Shown here piece by piece: positions 37,612 to 51,075 of a DNA stretch of 64,000 bases. Origin of the DNA: Squalus acanthias (Eukaryota); contig CM059432.1 of assembly GCA_030390025.1 (NCBI GenBank), positions 60,452,001-60,516,000 of the forward strand, given 5' to 3'. The notes beneath the pieces were generated by a model. The model ran no database searches, was not told where the DNA came from, and saw only the letters and a program-made list of their open reading frames with translations. The position numbers and the translations under genes were made by a program. How positions within the stretch are numbered: position 1 is the first letter of the stretch; every line of letters starts with the position of its first letter.

Positions 37612-39385
37612 GCAGGGAATTTTCCGGGGGTCAGCGGACGCGATCGGTGGTCGGTTGGGTGGGAAAGTGGGGGTTTTTTGACAGCGGGTCAGGAACCGCA
37701 GTGGCGGGAGAAGCAATTCAGGTCATTAGGACCTTGTTAACAGAGGATTAACAACAATTTTGAGCTCACCTTTAGAATTTACCAGCTCGCCAACGGGGTC
37801 CACGCTGCTCAGGGATCACGTCTATCAAGCTGGGCGGGAGTTGAATGGCCATAGAATCATCTCATTACTATACAGTTTGAAATGTGCTATAAAAGCTCCC
37901 ATCTCACAGCTGTTTACTTTCCAAGCTCAGAAACTGTTGCTTACTGCATATGGAAGACAGATTGAGCTTTTTGCAGGTTGCAAGTGTTTGGAGCAAGCTC
38001 TCTATCCAGTGTCACCTCATTGGAACAACCTCTCTCACCATTGACAGATTGCTTCTGTTATCTCAAGTTCACCTGCCATCTATTCCATCAGCATGGATAC
38101 AGTTTATACTCTCTCACCTTGGTCCTCAGAACCTGACCATGATCAGCCGCAACACCAGCATCACCAGCAGCACCAACAACCACACCAATCTTCTCTGCAA
38201 TCAACTGATGCTGCACAGGACAGAGGGCATCAGTACCCGACCACATTGCTGCCAGGGATGGCTTCACCATGGCCACATTTACTTCACTTGACGCTGCACA
38301 CCATGGCTGCCACATGATGCGCCAGGTTGGCACCACCCCACACCAACAACATAAAGCATCCCTACAATGCCCAACCCATTCCTTTCACACTCTTCAGCAC
38401 TGCGGGGGGTGTCGTTATGTCTCACCATTCACTGCAACTCACTAAGCCACTTCTAAAGATGCACACAAATCTATCCAAGAAGGCAAAGAGTTGAAAATAA
38501 AGATTTTAATGTTTGACAGCACATTAACAGAAACTTCACATGAACATTGGCTAAAACACACAAGTGCCTACCTTTCCTACATTACAATAGTGACTACACT
38601 CCAAAAGTACTTCATTGGCTGTAAAGTGCTTTGAGAGGTCCGGTGGTCGTGAAAGGCGCTATTTTCTTTTGTGTGTTGTTAGTTGGTATGATTGGACTAG
38701 GATGAGGGTGAGTGTGAGGGGTGGCTGGTGAGATGGGGAAGTAATAATGTAGATAGAGAGGGATGGGTGGAGATGCAAGGTAAGTTGGTGTGAGTAAGGA
38801 TGTGCTGGAGTAGGGTAGGGAAGGCAGAATGATGTGGATGTGATGAGTGGTACAGCAGGATGAGGTTGAGTGTGGCTTTGCAGTAACGTTTCGTGATCTA
38901 TTGAGATCATTGAAAGGTTTGCGCCACTGCAGCCTGATCCTCCTGATGACATTCCTGCTTGTGCACCCAGGCTGTGTTGGTCTCCTGGAGAGGTCTCTTC
39001 CGCCCATTGGAAGGGAAGAGAACCTCCCTGTGTGCTGTGACTCCCTCCATAAGCATATGGAGGGTGTCATGGGAGAGCCTGGGTGCAGCCCTACACCTTT
39101 GTGCAGTGTTTGTCAGTGTTTGCAGCACCTCAATGCTGTAGAACACTGACAGCACAAATGCCAAATTTGCACATGGTCCCTTTAAGGAAACCAGCTGATG
39201 ACACGTCATTAAATTACGTCACTAGACCCGCTTCCTCTAATTGGCCAGAAAACGTGCTAGGCGGGCTTATGAAGCTCAATCAGGGGAAAGTAATTCTACA
39301 GAGCGGGATGGAGACAGCAGCGGGGTCAGGACCAGCCACCGATGTCGTCCGCCACGGACCCACTGAGGTAGGGAAAATCGCGGCC
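37612..39385. mobile_element. Internally deleted Harbinger
   Basis: TSD GTT and imperfect TIRs (GCAGGGAATTTTCC / GGAAAATCGCGGCC). Myb remnant APRLSHDTLHMLMEGVTAHREVLFP on the minus strand. SINE piece at 38575-38665. Confidence 0.75.
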
Positions 39386-39724
39386 GTTAACACTGTTTCT
39401 CTCTCCACAGATGCTGCCTGACCTGCTGAATATTTCCAGCATTTTCTGTTATTTCAGATTTCCAGCATCCACAGTATGTTGCTTTTGTATTAGCTAAACT
39501 AGTGGATATTTTTGATTGTGTATTTTGAAAACTGTAGTTCTACAAATATCAACACAAGTGATACTTTCTTTCTCGAGAGGAAGGATATGGTGGCAGTTAA
39601 AATTTTAGTACCATGCTTTTATGATGTAAATAAAATTCAGTTACAATTTTAGGGGGAAATTTCTCATGTGGTCCTCAGACTTTTCTATCTGAATGGCAAA
39701 TATAAAATATATCAATTATTGCAA

Positions 39725-40305
39725 CATCCATGCTTTTATTACCTCTAGACTTGACTATTCCAATGCTGTCCTGGCTGGCCTCCCATCTTCCACCCTACGT
39801 AAACATGCTCATCCAAAACTCTGCTGCCCATATCCTGACTTGGACCAAGTCCTGTTCACCCATAACCCCTGTGCTCACTGATCTACATTGGCTCCCCGTG
39901 CAGCAATGCCTCAATTATAAAATTCTTCTCCTTTTGTTCAAATCCCTCCATGGCCTCGCCCCTCCCTATCTCTGTAACCTCCTCCAGCCCTACAAATCTC
40001 CAAGACTCTGCGCTCCTCCAATTCTGGCCTCGCGTGCATCCCCGATATTCATCGTTCCACCATTGCCGGCTGTACCTTCAGCTGCCTAGGCCCTAAGCTC
40101 GGAATTCCCTCCCTAAACCTCTCCGTCTCTCTCTCCTCCTTTAACTCTCTCCTTAAAACCTACCTCTGACCAAGCTTTTGGTCACCTGTCCTAACATCTC
40201 TTTATGTGACTAGGTGTCAAATATTGTTTGTTAATGCTCTTGTAAAGTGCCTTGGGATGTTTTTACTATGTTAAAGGTGCCATATAAATGCAAGTTGTTG
40301 TTGTT
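39725..40305 (+). mobile_element. L2 LINE 3' end
   Basis: IHAFITSRLDYSN, LHWLPV and the L2 tail. Confidence 0.85.
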
Positions 40306-43300
40306 CAAACAAGGCAGATGTGAAAAATAACATTCATATCTTCACACTCATGTGAAGTAGTGGAGGGATTCACAGGCTGATTAACAGTCTGGCTGGCCAA
40401 GAGGTAAACGCTTCTTCCATTGCCATAACCATCTTTATACCAGCCAATAAGGTGGTTAGTCCTATACATTGGGAGGGTTTTATGGGCTCCCACACCTATT
40501 GGGAGGGAGTATCACACTGGTTGTCAATCCAGAGTTCACAGCCAGGGGCTCGAGTCTCCATTCACTGGGACTATCTGGAGCGGGGTTCAAACCTTGCACC
40601 TTCTGACTTAGAGGCAGGAATGCTACCAATAAGCCAAAGGCTCACTGCACCAAAGATTGGTGATAATTGATAAGCTATGAAAATTGCCATATATATTCTC
40701 ACCAAACTGCTGGAACTAGCTCAGAGAGAGCAATGGTTCTAAAGAATCACAGAATCATAGAAATTTACAGCACAGAAGGAGCCATTCGGCCCATCGTGTC
40801 TGTGCCGGTCGAAAAGCGCCATCCAGCCTAATCCCACTTTCCAGCTCTTGGTCCGTAGCCTTGCAGGTTACAGCACTTCAAGTGCATATCCAAGTACTTT
40901 TTAAATGTGATGAGGATTTCTGCCTCTACCCTCCTTTCAGGCAGACCCCCACCGCCCTCTGAGTGAAAAAAATTCTCCTCAACTCTCCTCTAATCCCTCT
41001 AACAATTATTTTAAATCTATGCCCCCTGGTTACTGACCTCTGAGCTAAGGGAAATAGGTCCTTCCTATCCACTCTATCTAGCCCCCTCATAATTTTATAC
41101 ACCTCAATTAAGTCTCCCCTCCAAAGAAAACAGCCCCAGCCTATTCAATCTTTCCTCATAGCTAAAATTCTTCAGTCCTGGCAACATCCTCATAAATCTC
41201 CTCTGTACCCTCTCTAGTGCAATCACATCTTTCCTGTAATGTGGTGACCAGAACTGTACGCAGTGCTCTAGCAGTGACCTTACTAGTGTTTTATACAGTT
41301 CTAGCATAACCTCTCTACTCTTTTACTCTATGCCTCAACTAATAAGGGAAAGTATCCCGTATGCCTTCTTAACCACCTTATCCACCTGTCCTGCTACCTT
41401 CAGGGATCTGTGGACATGCACTCCAAGGTCCCTTTCTCAGTATCCAACTGTTTATTGTGTATTCCCTTGCCTTGTTAGTCCTCCCCATATACATTACCTC
41501 ACACTTCTCCAGATTGAATTCCATTTGCCACTTTTCTGCCCATCTGACCAGTCGATTGATATCTTCCTGTAATCTACAGCTATCTTCTTTACTATCAACC
41601 ACACAGCCAATTTTTGTATCATCTGCAAATTTCTTAATCATGCCCCCTATATTGAAGTCTAAATCATTGATATATACCACAAAGCAGGGGACCCAGTACT
41701 GAGCCCTGTGGAACTCCACTGGAAACAGCCTTACAGTCACAAAAACACCAGTCAACCATTACCCTTTGCTTCCTGCCACTGAGCCAATTTTGGATCCAAC
41801 TTGCCACTTTCCCTTGGATCCCATGAGCTTTCACTTTTTTGACCAACCTGCCATGTGGGCCCTTGTCAAAGGCCTTGCTAAAATCCATGTAGACTACATC
41901 AAATACACTACCCTCATCGACCCTCCTTGTTACCTCCTCAAAAATTTCAATCAAGTTAGTCAGACACGACCTTCCCTTAACAAATCCATGCTGACTGTCC
42001 TTGATTAATCTGTGACTTTCTAAATGATGATTTATAATGTCCCTCAAAATTTTTTCCAATAATTTTCCCACCACCGAGGTTAGGCTGACTGGCCTGTAAT
42101 TACTCGGTCTATCCCTTTCTCCCTTTTAAAAAAATGGCACAATGCTAACAGTCCTCCAGTCGTCTGGCACCGCCCCCTGTAGCCAGAGAGGACTGGAAAA
42201 TGATGGTCAGAGCCTCCACTATTTCCTCCCTTGCCTCTCTTAACAGCCTGGGATACATGTCATCCGAGCCTGGTGATTTATCTACTTTCAAAGATGCTAA
42301 ACCTCTTAATACTTCCTCTCTCTCTATGTTTATCCCATCTAATATTTTACACTCCTTCTCCTTAACTACAATGGCTGCATCGTCCCTCTCTACTGTGAAG
42401 ACAGACGCAAAGTATTCATTAAGAACCATACCCACGTCTTCTGCCTCCACGCATCGGTTACTTTTTTGGTCTCTAATAGGCCCTACTCTTTCCTTAGTTA
42501 TTCTCTTGCTCTTTATGTATTTATAAAACATCTTTGGATTTTCCTTGATTTTACTCGCCAAACATTTTTCATGCCCTCGCTTTGCTTTCCTAATTTCCTT
42601 TTTAATTTCACGACTGCACTTTCTATACTCCTCTAGGCTTTCTGTAGTATTGAGCTCTCGGTAGCTGACAAAAGCTTCCCTTTTTTTCCTTATCCTACCC
42701 TGTATAAGAACATAAGAAATAAGAGCAGGAGTAGGCCATACAGCCCGTTGAGCCTGCTCTGCCATTCAATAAGATCATGGCTGATCATCGACCTCAACTC
42801 CACTTTCCCGCCCGATCTCCTTATCCCTTGATTCCCCAAGAATCCAAAAATCTATCTATCTCAGCCTTGAATATACTCAAAGACTCAGCATTCACAGCCC
42901 TCTGGGGCAGAGAATTCCAAAGATTCACAACCCTCTGAGTGAAGAAATTCCTCCTCATCTCAGTCTTAAATGGCCTACCCCTTATCGTGAGACTATGCCC
43001 CCTAGTTCTAGACACTCCAGCCAGGGGAAACAACCTCTCAGCATCTACCCTATCAATCCCCTTCAGAATCTTGTATGCTTCAATGAGATCACCTCTCATT
43101 CTTCTAAAGTCCAGAGAGTATAGGTCCATTCTACACAATCTCTCATCATAGGACAGCTCTCTCATCCCAGGAATCAATCTAGTGAACCATCGTTGCACTG
43201 CCTCCAAGGCAAGTATATCCTTCCTGAGATAAGGAGACCAAAACTGTGCACAGTACTCCAGGTGTGCTCTCACCAAGGTCCTGTACAATTGTAGCAAGAC

Positions 43301-43581
43301 TTCCTTACTCTTATTCTCCAACCCCCTTGCAATAAAGGCCAACATGCCATTTGCCTTCCTTATTGCTTTCTGTACCTGCATGCTAGCTTTCTGTGTTTCT
43401 TGCACGAGGACACCCAAATCTCTCTGAACACCAACATTTGAAAGTTTCTCACCATTTAAAAAATATTGTTTTTCTATTCTTCCTACCAAAGTGAATAACC
43501 TCACATTTCCCTACATTATACTCCATCTGCCACCTTACTGCCCACTCACTTAGTCTATTTATATCCCTTTGCAGACTCTTT

Positions 43582-45227
43582 GGGCTGGATTTTGTCAGCC
43601 CCGAGGAGGCGGGTATGGAGGCGGCACTGCCGGTAAAGTTGCAGAATTTGGGGGTGGGTGGCAAACCCGCCCCCATCCCGCCTCCGTGCCCTCGTGAAAG
43701 GGATTAAAGCCTATTAACTGCCTGTTAACAGGTAGTTAAGAGGCAGAAAATAGGATTATCCCCATTTTTCGTTTTGATGTGCAGGCTTCCCGACCTCGGG
43801 GAACCCCGCCAGGGTGCAGGAGCCGAGTAGGGGGTCGGAGGGGACTGAATGTGCAATGTAGAGGTGAGTGAGGGGCGCAAGTGTGGAGTGGTAACTATCT
43901 AAGGTGAGTGTAAAGTGTTAGAAAATGTTCACTTACCTTTGTTTCTGCCTACAGCCTTCAGCTGCTGTGGAGCCGGAGTCCCAACATCTCCATTGTAGAT
44001 ATCACAGACTGGCTGTGGGATCCTCCGATCCTACAGCCAGGTGATTTCTGCAAAGTTGAAAGGTTTGATGAGTCTTGAACACTAGGGGGGAAATATTCAG
44101 TTGGTTGCACCTCCCGTTAGCGCCTTAAGAGGGCGGTAATGGGGCGCAAAGCAACTAGCGCCCGGGCGCGGCGATGTTTGCGCCGCTCGCGAAATTAACC
44201 AGACATTTTGCGGCGGCGCTAAACACTACCGCCACGATCTCCTGCGCCGACAGATCGTGACATCAGTCAAGTGCGCAACGCCCCGGTAGTGCCCCGGAGC
44301 GGATATTGAGTGGCGCCCCCTGCCGCTAGCAACGACAGGTTGAGGGGAGCGTTTTGCAGTCAGGAAGGGACTGGGGGAGCGCTATTTAAAGGCGACCGCT
44401 TCCTGCCTTTTATTGTTGGTGACATTTTTGAACCACGCATTCTGAGAGAGAGAGAGACTTCTGGAGAGATTCAACACTGTGTGAAGGAGTTTTGGGTACT
44501 GAGCAGCACTTTGCAGGTTCATTTTGATTTGCCCTTCCTTGTATCGATTTAGAAGAGACTGTGGGGGCTGCACTCTGAGCTCTTTCCCTGGGCCTCTCCA
44601 TTGTTATTTCCAGCAGATTTGATGTACAGGTCTCTCCAGGCCGAGATTCAAGGCTGCAATGAGCAGGATGTGGATGGAAAGCAAGATCAACCATCCCCTT
44701 TAAGAACTGGCCGGGGCCATTGTGTCTGTGTTCCATTGCTGACTGACATCACATGAGCTTCGCCAGCGCTCTGAGATAGCGCCTCGCTCCTCAGCCTTTG
44801 CGCCTTAAGACAGGTGTGAAGCGCCTGATTTAGCGCTCCAATCACCTCCAGGGGCGATAAAAGTCAAGTTTGCAGTCGGAGGCGATAATTAGCACCAGGC
44901 GCTAATCTTTGCGCCCGGCCGATAATTGCGCCCCAAATGGGGCGATACTGAATTTCTCCCCCAAAGTCTCATCAAACTACACTGAATGTCAGTGTTTGAC
45001 AGCTGACATTTCTTCTGTCAAAAAATCTTGACAGATGGCACGTCCGACGTTAACGTGCTCTGTCACTGACTTCCCCCTAATTGACCTGCTGAACCCGCTG
45101 GGCGGGCTTAACAAAGTCAATCAGGGGAAAATCCCGCTGGTTGGCCAGAAGCTGATGGGAGTTGGGATTGAAAGCCGACAAGCAGCAGTCCCGCCTCCAA
45201 AAGCTTTCCATTGACAAAATCCAGCCC
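43582..45227. mobile_element. Harbinger-type MITE (third family) hosting another MITE
   Basis: Perfect TIR GGGCTGGATTTTGTCA, TSD TTT. The CR1 frame is restored on removal. Confidence 0.88.
44086..44962 (+). mobile_element. Non-autonomous Harbinger (~877 bp), family of 31384-35518
   Basis: Collinear with 9541-10433, same internal junction. TSD not matched (TAG vs AAA). Confidence 0.88.
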
Positions 45228-47099
45228 TTTGTGTTCTCCTCACAGCTTACCATCCCACCTAGCTTTGTATCATCAGCAAACTTGGATACATTACACTCGG
45301 TCCCTTCATCTAGGTCATTAATATAGATTGTAAATAACTGAGGTTTCAACACGGATCCTTGCGGCACCCCACTAGTTACAGCCTGTCAACCTGAAAAAGA
45401 TCTGTTTATCCCTACTCTCTGTTTTCTGTCCGTTAACCAATCCTCTATCCATGCTACTATATTACCTCCAACCCCATGAGCTTTAATCTTGTGTAATAAC
45501 CTTTTATGTGGCACCTTATCGAATGCCTTTTGGAAATCCAAATATACTACATCCACTGGTTCCCCTTTATCTACCCTGTTAGTTACATCCTCAAAAAACT
45601 CTAATAAATTTGTCAAACACGATTTCCCTTTCATAAAACCATGTTGACTCTGCCTAATCATGTTATGATTTTCTAAGTGACTTGATACCACCTCCTTAAC
45701 AATGGATTCCAGCATTTTCCCCAACGACTGATGTCATGCTAACTGGCCTGTAGTTCCTTGTTTTTTCTCTCCCTCTTTTCTTGAATAGTGGTGTTACATT
45801 TGCAACCTTCCAATCCGCTGGGACCATTCCAGAATCTAGGGAATTTTGGAAGATCAAAACCAATGCATCTACTATCTCTTCAGCCACCTCTTTTAGAACC
45901 CTAGGATGTAGGCCGTCAGGTCCAGGGGATGTGTCGGCTTTTAGTCCCATTAGTTTCTCTAGTACTTTTCTCTACTTATATTAATTACGTTAAGTTCCTC
46001 ACCCTCATTAGACCCTTGGTTCCCCACCATTTTTGGTATGCTTTTTGTGTCTTCTACTGTGAAGACAGATACAAAATATTTGTTTAACCTTTCTGCCATT
46101 TCCTTATTCCCCGTAATAATTTCTCCTGTCTCAGCCTCTAAGGGACCACGTTTACTTTTGCTACTCTTTTCCTTTTTACATACTTGTTCCTTGACATCCA
46201 GGGGGCTCTAGATTTGGGAGTCCCACCCTTTTTCTTTGTGGGAACATATTTGCTCTGGACCCTCACTAGCTCCTCCTTGAATGCCTTCCACTGCTCTGAC
46301 ACTGATTTACCTTCAAGTAGCTGCTAAATCACATCTCAGCTTAGTAAAATTGACCTTTCCCCAATTGAGAACTTTTACATCTGGTCTATCGTCGCCCTTT
46401 TCCATAACTATGCTAAATTTAACTGAATTATAATCACTACCACCAAAATGCTCTTCCACTGATACCCCTTCCACCTGCCCAACTTAATTGCCTAAAACTA
46501 AGTCCAGAACTGCCCCCTTTCTTGTTGGGTAGGAGATACAGGGGGTTGTATTCATTATTCATCCACCCAAAATCATTTTAACTCAGCATTATAATTTTCC
46601 AATTTGGAGGTTTTTCAGTGATACTAATAAGGTATCTAAGCCTGAAAGAATAAATCTGCTTAGTTGTGCTGTCCTTCTGAAGAAACAAGGTCTTAAATGA
46701 AGGGAAGCTGTCATATCTGGCCTCCATATTTGACAACGGATCCTTGCATTATGGAATTACTATTAGAATGTTGGCACTCAGTTTCAACAAGTCTACCAAC
46801 CAAGTTTACCTTAATCAATGTTAATATTGGCTCATCCAACTAGATCTCATTAAAGATTTTAGGCACAAGATGAAATTATAGGAAGAAATACAGAAATCTG
46901 CAATAGATTAAGAGGTTGTCAAGGGTGACTGATTGACTGTCTTTGTTCATTGATTTGAAATGTTGCTATGAGATCTGTATCTATCGATCATCTGTTAAAC
47001 ATTGTATGAACTGTTCAGGGGCATCAGGTCGCTGTGCCATTAGACCTTGTGGGTGTCCATTGCCTGCCATAACATTTTACATCCCTATGACAGGTGAAA

Positions 47100-50000
47100 G
47101 AGAAAGGATGATGAATTTTTGACAACACCAATGATAAATCAGCACAGGATGCTAACATAAAGGAGAGGGGGGAGTTCTTTTCCATTGATAGAACATAACT
47201 GGGAACATGAAGGAAGACACCGTAGAGCAGAACAAGATGCCAGAAGGAGGAGGAGCAGGGCACTCAGCCGGAGGTGATATCCACAAAGGACTTCAGGGAT
47301 CACTTCTCCCATGTTAACTTGAGTGAGGAGCAGTGCATCAAGTGCCTTCACGTTACCAAAGAGATTGTCACTGAGATATGTCAGCTGCTGCAGCCACAAG
47401 TGCAGCCTCAAAGCAGGGCAAGGACAGCACTGTCTGTGGCTGCCAAGGTGACTGTTGCTTTAAACTTCTATGCGACGGACTCATTTCAGGGTGCAACAGG
47501 AGATATTGGTAACATATCCTAGTTCGCAGTGCACAGCTTTATCAGGGAGGTTACTGAGGCTCTCTATGCTAAGAGAAATACCTACATCTCCGTCCCAATT
47601 ACCAGAGAGAAGCAGAAGGAGCGAGCATGAGGTTTTGCACACATGGTAGGCTTCCCCATGGTGCAAGTGACTGCACTCGCATTGCCTTGCTTGCTGTGCT
47701 CCCCATCTGAACTCTGGAATCTTCATCAGTAGAAAGGGATTCCACTCCCTCAATGTGCAGCTGGTTTGTGACCACGGGCAGCGCATCATGCAGGTCTGCG
47801 CCCACTATCCTGGCAGCAGTCACGACTCCTTCATTCTGCAGCAGTCCTCTGTACCCCCTGTATTCCAACCAGCTTTCAAGTTAGAGGCTGGATATTGGGC
47901 GACAAGGGTTCCTGACATGGTTCATGACTCCGATCAGGAACCCGAGCATACTTGCACAGCAGGGGTACAATGAAAGCCATGCTTCCACAAGAAACATCAT
48001 CGAACACACCATCAGCTTTTTCAAACAACGCGTCCGCTGCCTGGACCGTTCACAAGGAGCCATGCAGTACACCGCTGAGTGGGTATCTAGCTTTGTGGTC
48101 GTCTGTTGCATGCTCCATAACCGTGCCATTTTGTGGGCGCAGCCCTTACCACCACCTGCCGGATGACAAAATGAGGAGGAGGAGCAGAAAAAGGAGGATG
48201 AAGAAGAGAGATAGCAACCTCGGCAGCCCTTTTCTGCTAGGGCTCTACGAGACCAACTCACTGAGGAGCGTTTCCACTGATCTCAAATACATCACTGCCA
48301 CTTTCCTAACCTTTCCTATTTCAATTACTATCATGTCATTCTCTTTCTGTCAACAATTATTGTCATCTCCCTCACTCGACTGCAGACATAAAAACCAACA
48401 ACAAATGCACAATCAAATCATAACTTATCAAAATAATCATGGCATTAACCTAACAACAAGGAACTAATTACCCTTGTGCATTCCCTTAGTACCTGTCTTT
48501 TGTGTTCCTTTCTCTACGAGGTGCTTCCCCAGTGGCTGGAGTTTGTAAGGAGGAAGACTGCTAAGCTTCAATTGAGGGGTCTGCAGATGGCCATTGGGGA
48601 TGACCTCGAGCAACTCTGGGCCTAGAGGGCCAGGCTGCAGACTGCACAGTCTTGGCCTGGGCTGCAGCAGTCTGGGTCGGATAGATGGCAGGCAATAAGC
48701 AAGGGCAGTGGCGGAGTGGCAGGGGTGGAAGCAGGAATGTCATCCTGAGAGAAGACAGCAGGTTCCTCTTACATGGTGCCATTGCCACTCTCCCAGGGCG
48801 ACGCCTCAGCAATCCTGGTGATGTGTTCGAGAATAGATTGCTGGACGACCTGGATGACCCTTTCAACAGTGGCACCCAGAGCCACAATAACATCTACCTG
48901 AACTTCCATAGCAGCAGTTTGTGCTGTGATGGAAGCTGTCAGATTGGTCATCAGACGCTCCATCATGGTTGGTTCCACAGCTGTGCTGATCAAGGTGATC
49001 ACCCTTCCCACGTGCATCTTCTTCTTCCTTCACTTGCTGAGGAGCTTGTACCTCTGGGGAATTTGAAATTAAAAAGGGACAAGGGTTAGGTTGTGGTAAG
49101 GAAAGAGGAGAGAGAAAGAAATACATCCTGACACTATCTGCAGCTTCTCATGCAAAGTGTGTGGGGTTGGGGTTATGTGAGAAGAAAGAAGGAGGATCAG
49201 GTATTTAGAAACCCTGATCATCGATCCCGCCAGCAATGCCAGTGGCCATAGCCTCTGCAATTCCCCTTCCTATGATGCCCGGGACTGTTTCTTCCATGGG
49301 GTATAGAACATGAATGCTGCTCCTCCTCCAGTTGCACTCTGATGCCTCCTGTTATGCACCACCTTCTCCTGCAAGAAAAAGGAAAGTGTGTTCGTGAGTA
49401 TCCTGCGATACATCCGGGTGATGTGGCTGTCATAGGTGAATAGCTGCCAGTTTGTGTGAGCTGTGAGTTGTGGGTGTGAGGTTTACAATACTGTTGAGTG
49501 TGTGAGGGTGACATTAATCATATGAATTGAAGTATTCAGTACTGATTGATTGAGAATGTAGGAAGGTGGGGGATGGGGTGGTGTGAATTAAGCATGTGAT
49601 GAGGCTAGTGGAGCAGCTGTTATGAAATGCCATTTGAAGATTGATCTCACCTTGACATTCTTGTCAGATCATTGATTCTTTTGTGGCACTGCATCCAGGT
49701 TCTTGGAGCAACACTCCTTGCATTTACTTCCTTTGCAATTTCCTCCCAGTGCCTCCTCATCATATGTGTGAGGGCTTTTTGTCCCCCGCGGATAGAGGAT
49801 GTCCCTCCTTCTCTCTACCTCCTGCACCAAAGCCTCTGGTGCAGCACAGAGAACCTTGGTGCACACTCTCTCCCAGCATCAGACATTTCATTAGATACTT
49901 CTAGCAGCAACAATGCACCTCCCCGTTAAGAAGTGCAGGCTGCCTTTAGGGAGCGCTGTCCACTCTCCATATCGGACCCCCTCCTGATGCGTGCAGCCTA

Positions 50001-50125
50001 TGATCAGCGCGGGTAACGTTGACTGTATGCGACAATTATTCAAATAAGCAGCAATGAATGTGTGAGGGTTAATCGCATACCGCGATCCCGGCGCCCGTTA
50101 TCTTGGGTTATCCAATTTAACCCCC
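47100..50125. mobile_element. Decayed two-gene Harbinger
   Basis: Transposase remnants on + (LSEEQC...KVTVALNFYA; QLVCDH...YPGSSHD; RNIIEHTI) at ~47200-48280. Myb remnants on - (EALVQEVERRRDILYP). Right terminus AATTTAACCCCC; left end not defined. Confidence 0.8.
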
Positions 50126-50329
50126 TTATATTTTAATTTCTTTTGTCCCAGTCCAATTTCGAAAAGTAATTCTTAGCCTTTCTTGTTTCAGCTGGGTACT
50201 CCAATTGAAGTAATCAGAGAGCTATATATTGGGGACATGAGAATGAGGGCTTTCTGTTTTATTCCTGGGTTTGCTAGAAATTACTTACATATTGGGCAGG
50301 TAATGGCACACTGAGCATGGGCTCAGGTA

Positions 50330-50600
50330 GTTGTAAAATATTCCATAGCATTTTTCAGAGAACTACATGGGCATTCTGGTGTCCTAGCCAATATTTATCC
50401 ATCAATCAACACCACCAAAAATAGGTTAACTAGTCATTTATCTCATTATGGAATCTTGCTGTCTGCAAATTGGCTACCTTGTTTGCCTACATAACAGCAG
50501 TGAGTACATTTCAAAAGCAATTCATTAGCTACAAAGTGTTTTGGGATGTCCTGAAGACAGGAAAGATACGATAGAAATACATGTTCATTCCTTTCTTTCA
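50330..50600 (+). mobile_element. DeuSINE-like 3' body (decayed)
   Basis: Similar to 5120-5295 joined to 15108-15190. Confidence 0.6.
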
Positions 50601-50804
50601 TTTATATAGGACATCCTGAGAATGTGCTAAGGTTCTAGATAAATGCTTTCTTTAAAAGGATGCAGTTCCTTGGACTTTTACTATGAATCCTAATTTATTT
50701 TAAACTAGATATTGACAACGAATTTATGATAACCATATGTTGAAATGTTTTCAGCTTCAGTTTTCAGCTAATGATTTTTATCTCAGCAAACTAGAACATA
50801 GAAA

Positions 50805-51021
50805 AGAGCAAAAGCAAAATACTGCGGATGCTGGAAACCTGAAATATAAACAGAAAATGCTGGAAATACTCAAAGGTCAGGCAGCATCTGTGAAGAGAGA
50901 AACAGAGTTAACGTTTCAGGTCGATGACTTGTAATTCATTGACCTGAAACGTTAACTCTGTTTCTCTCTCCACAGATGCTGCCTGACCTGCTGAGTATTT
51001 CCAGAATTTTCTGTTTTTATT
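50805..51021. repeat. Fold-back of a Penelope-like terminal repeat (~80-bp arms)
   Basis: ataaacagaaaatgctgg...gttaacgtttcaggtc / gacctgaaacgttaac...ttttctgtttttat. Confidence 0.8.
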
Positions 51022-51075
51022 ACCTAGAAGAGAACTATGGTTTTGCTTTATTTTTATCACAACAAAATAAAATAC

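Larger units (their letters stand above)
36321..39490 (-). mobile_element. Penelope-like retroelement 3' part (GIY-YIG) with an inverted terminal-repeat copy; split by Harbinger 37612-39385
   Basis: RIPLVLTFHP...CKRRRCNTCP...FTCTSCNLVYCIRCSQCGLLYIGETK. Segments 37330-37611 and 39389-39490 are an inverted copy of 36321-36665. Confidence 0.85.
40745..46530 (-). mobile_element. CR1 (outer) containing a second CR1 at ~42705-46187
   Basis: Two CR1 3' UTRs (~40745 and ~42705) and two sets of RT motifs. The outer copy resumes at ~46188. Confidence 0.85.

Noticed and set aside
17222..50125. One giant 33-kb element bounded by related inverted ends
   Set aside because: Both ends are Myb-side termini, each followed by its own Myb remnant, so these are two separate insertions.
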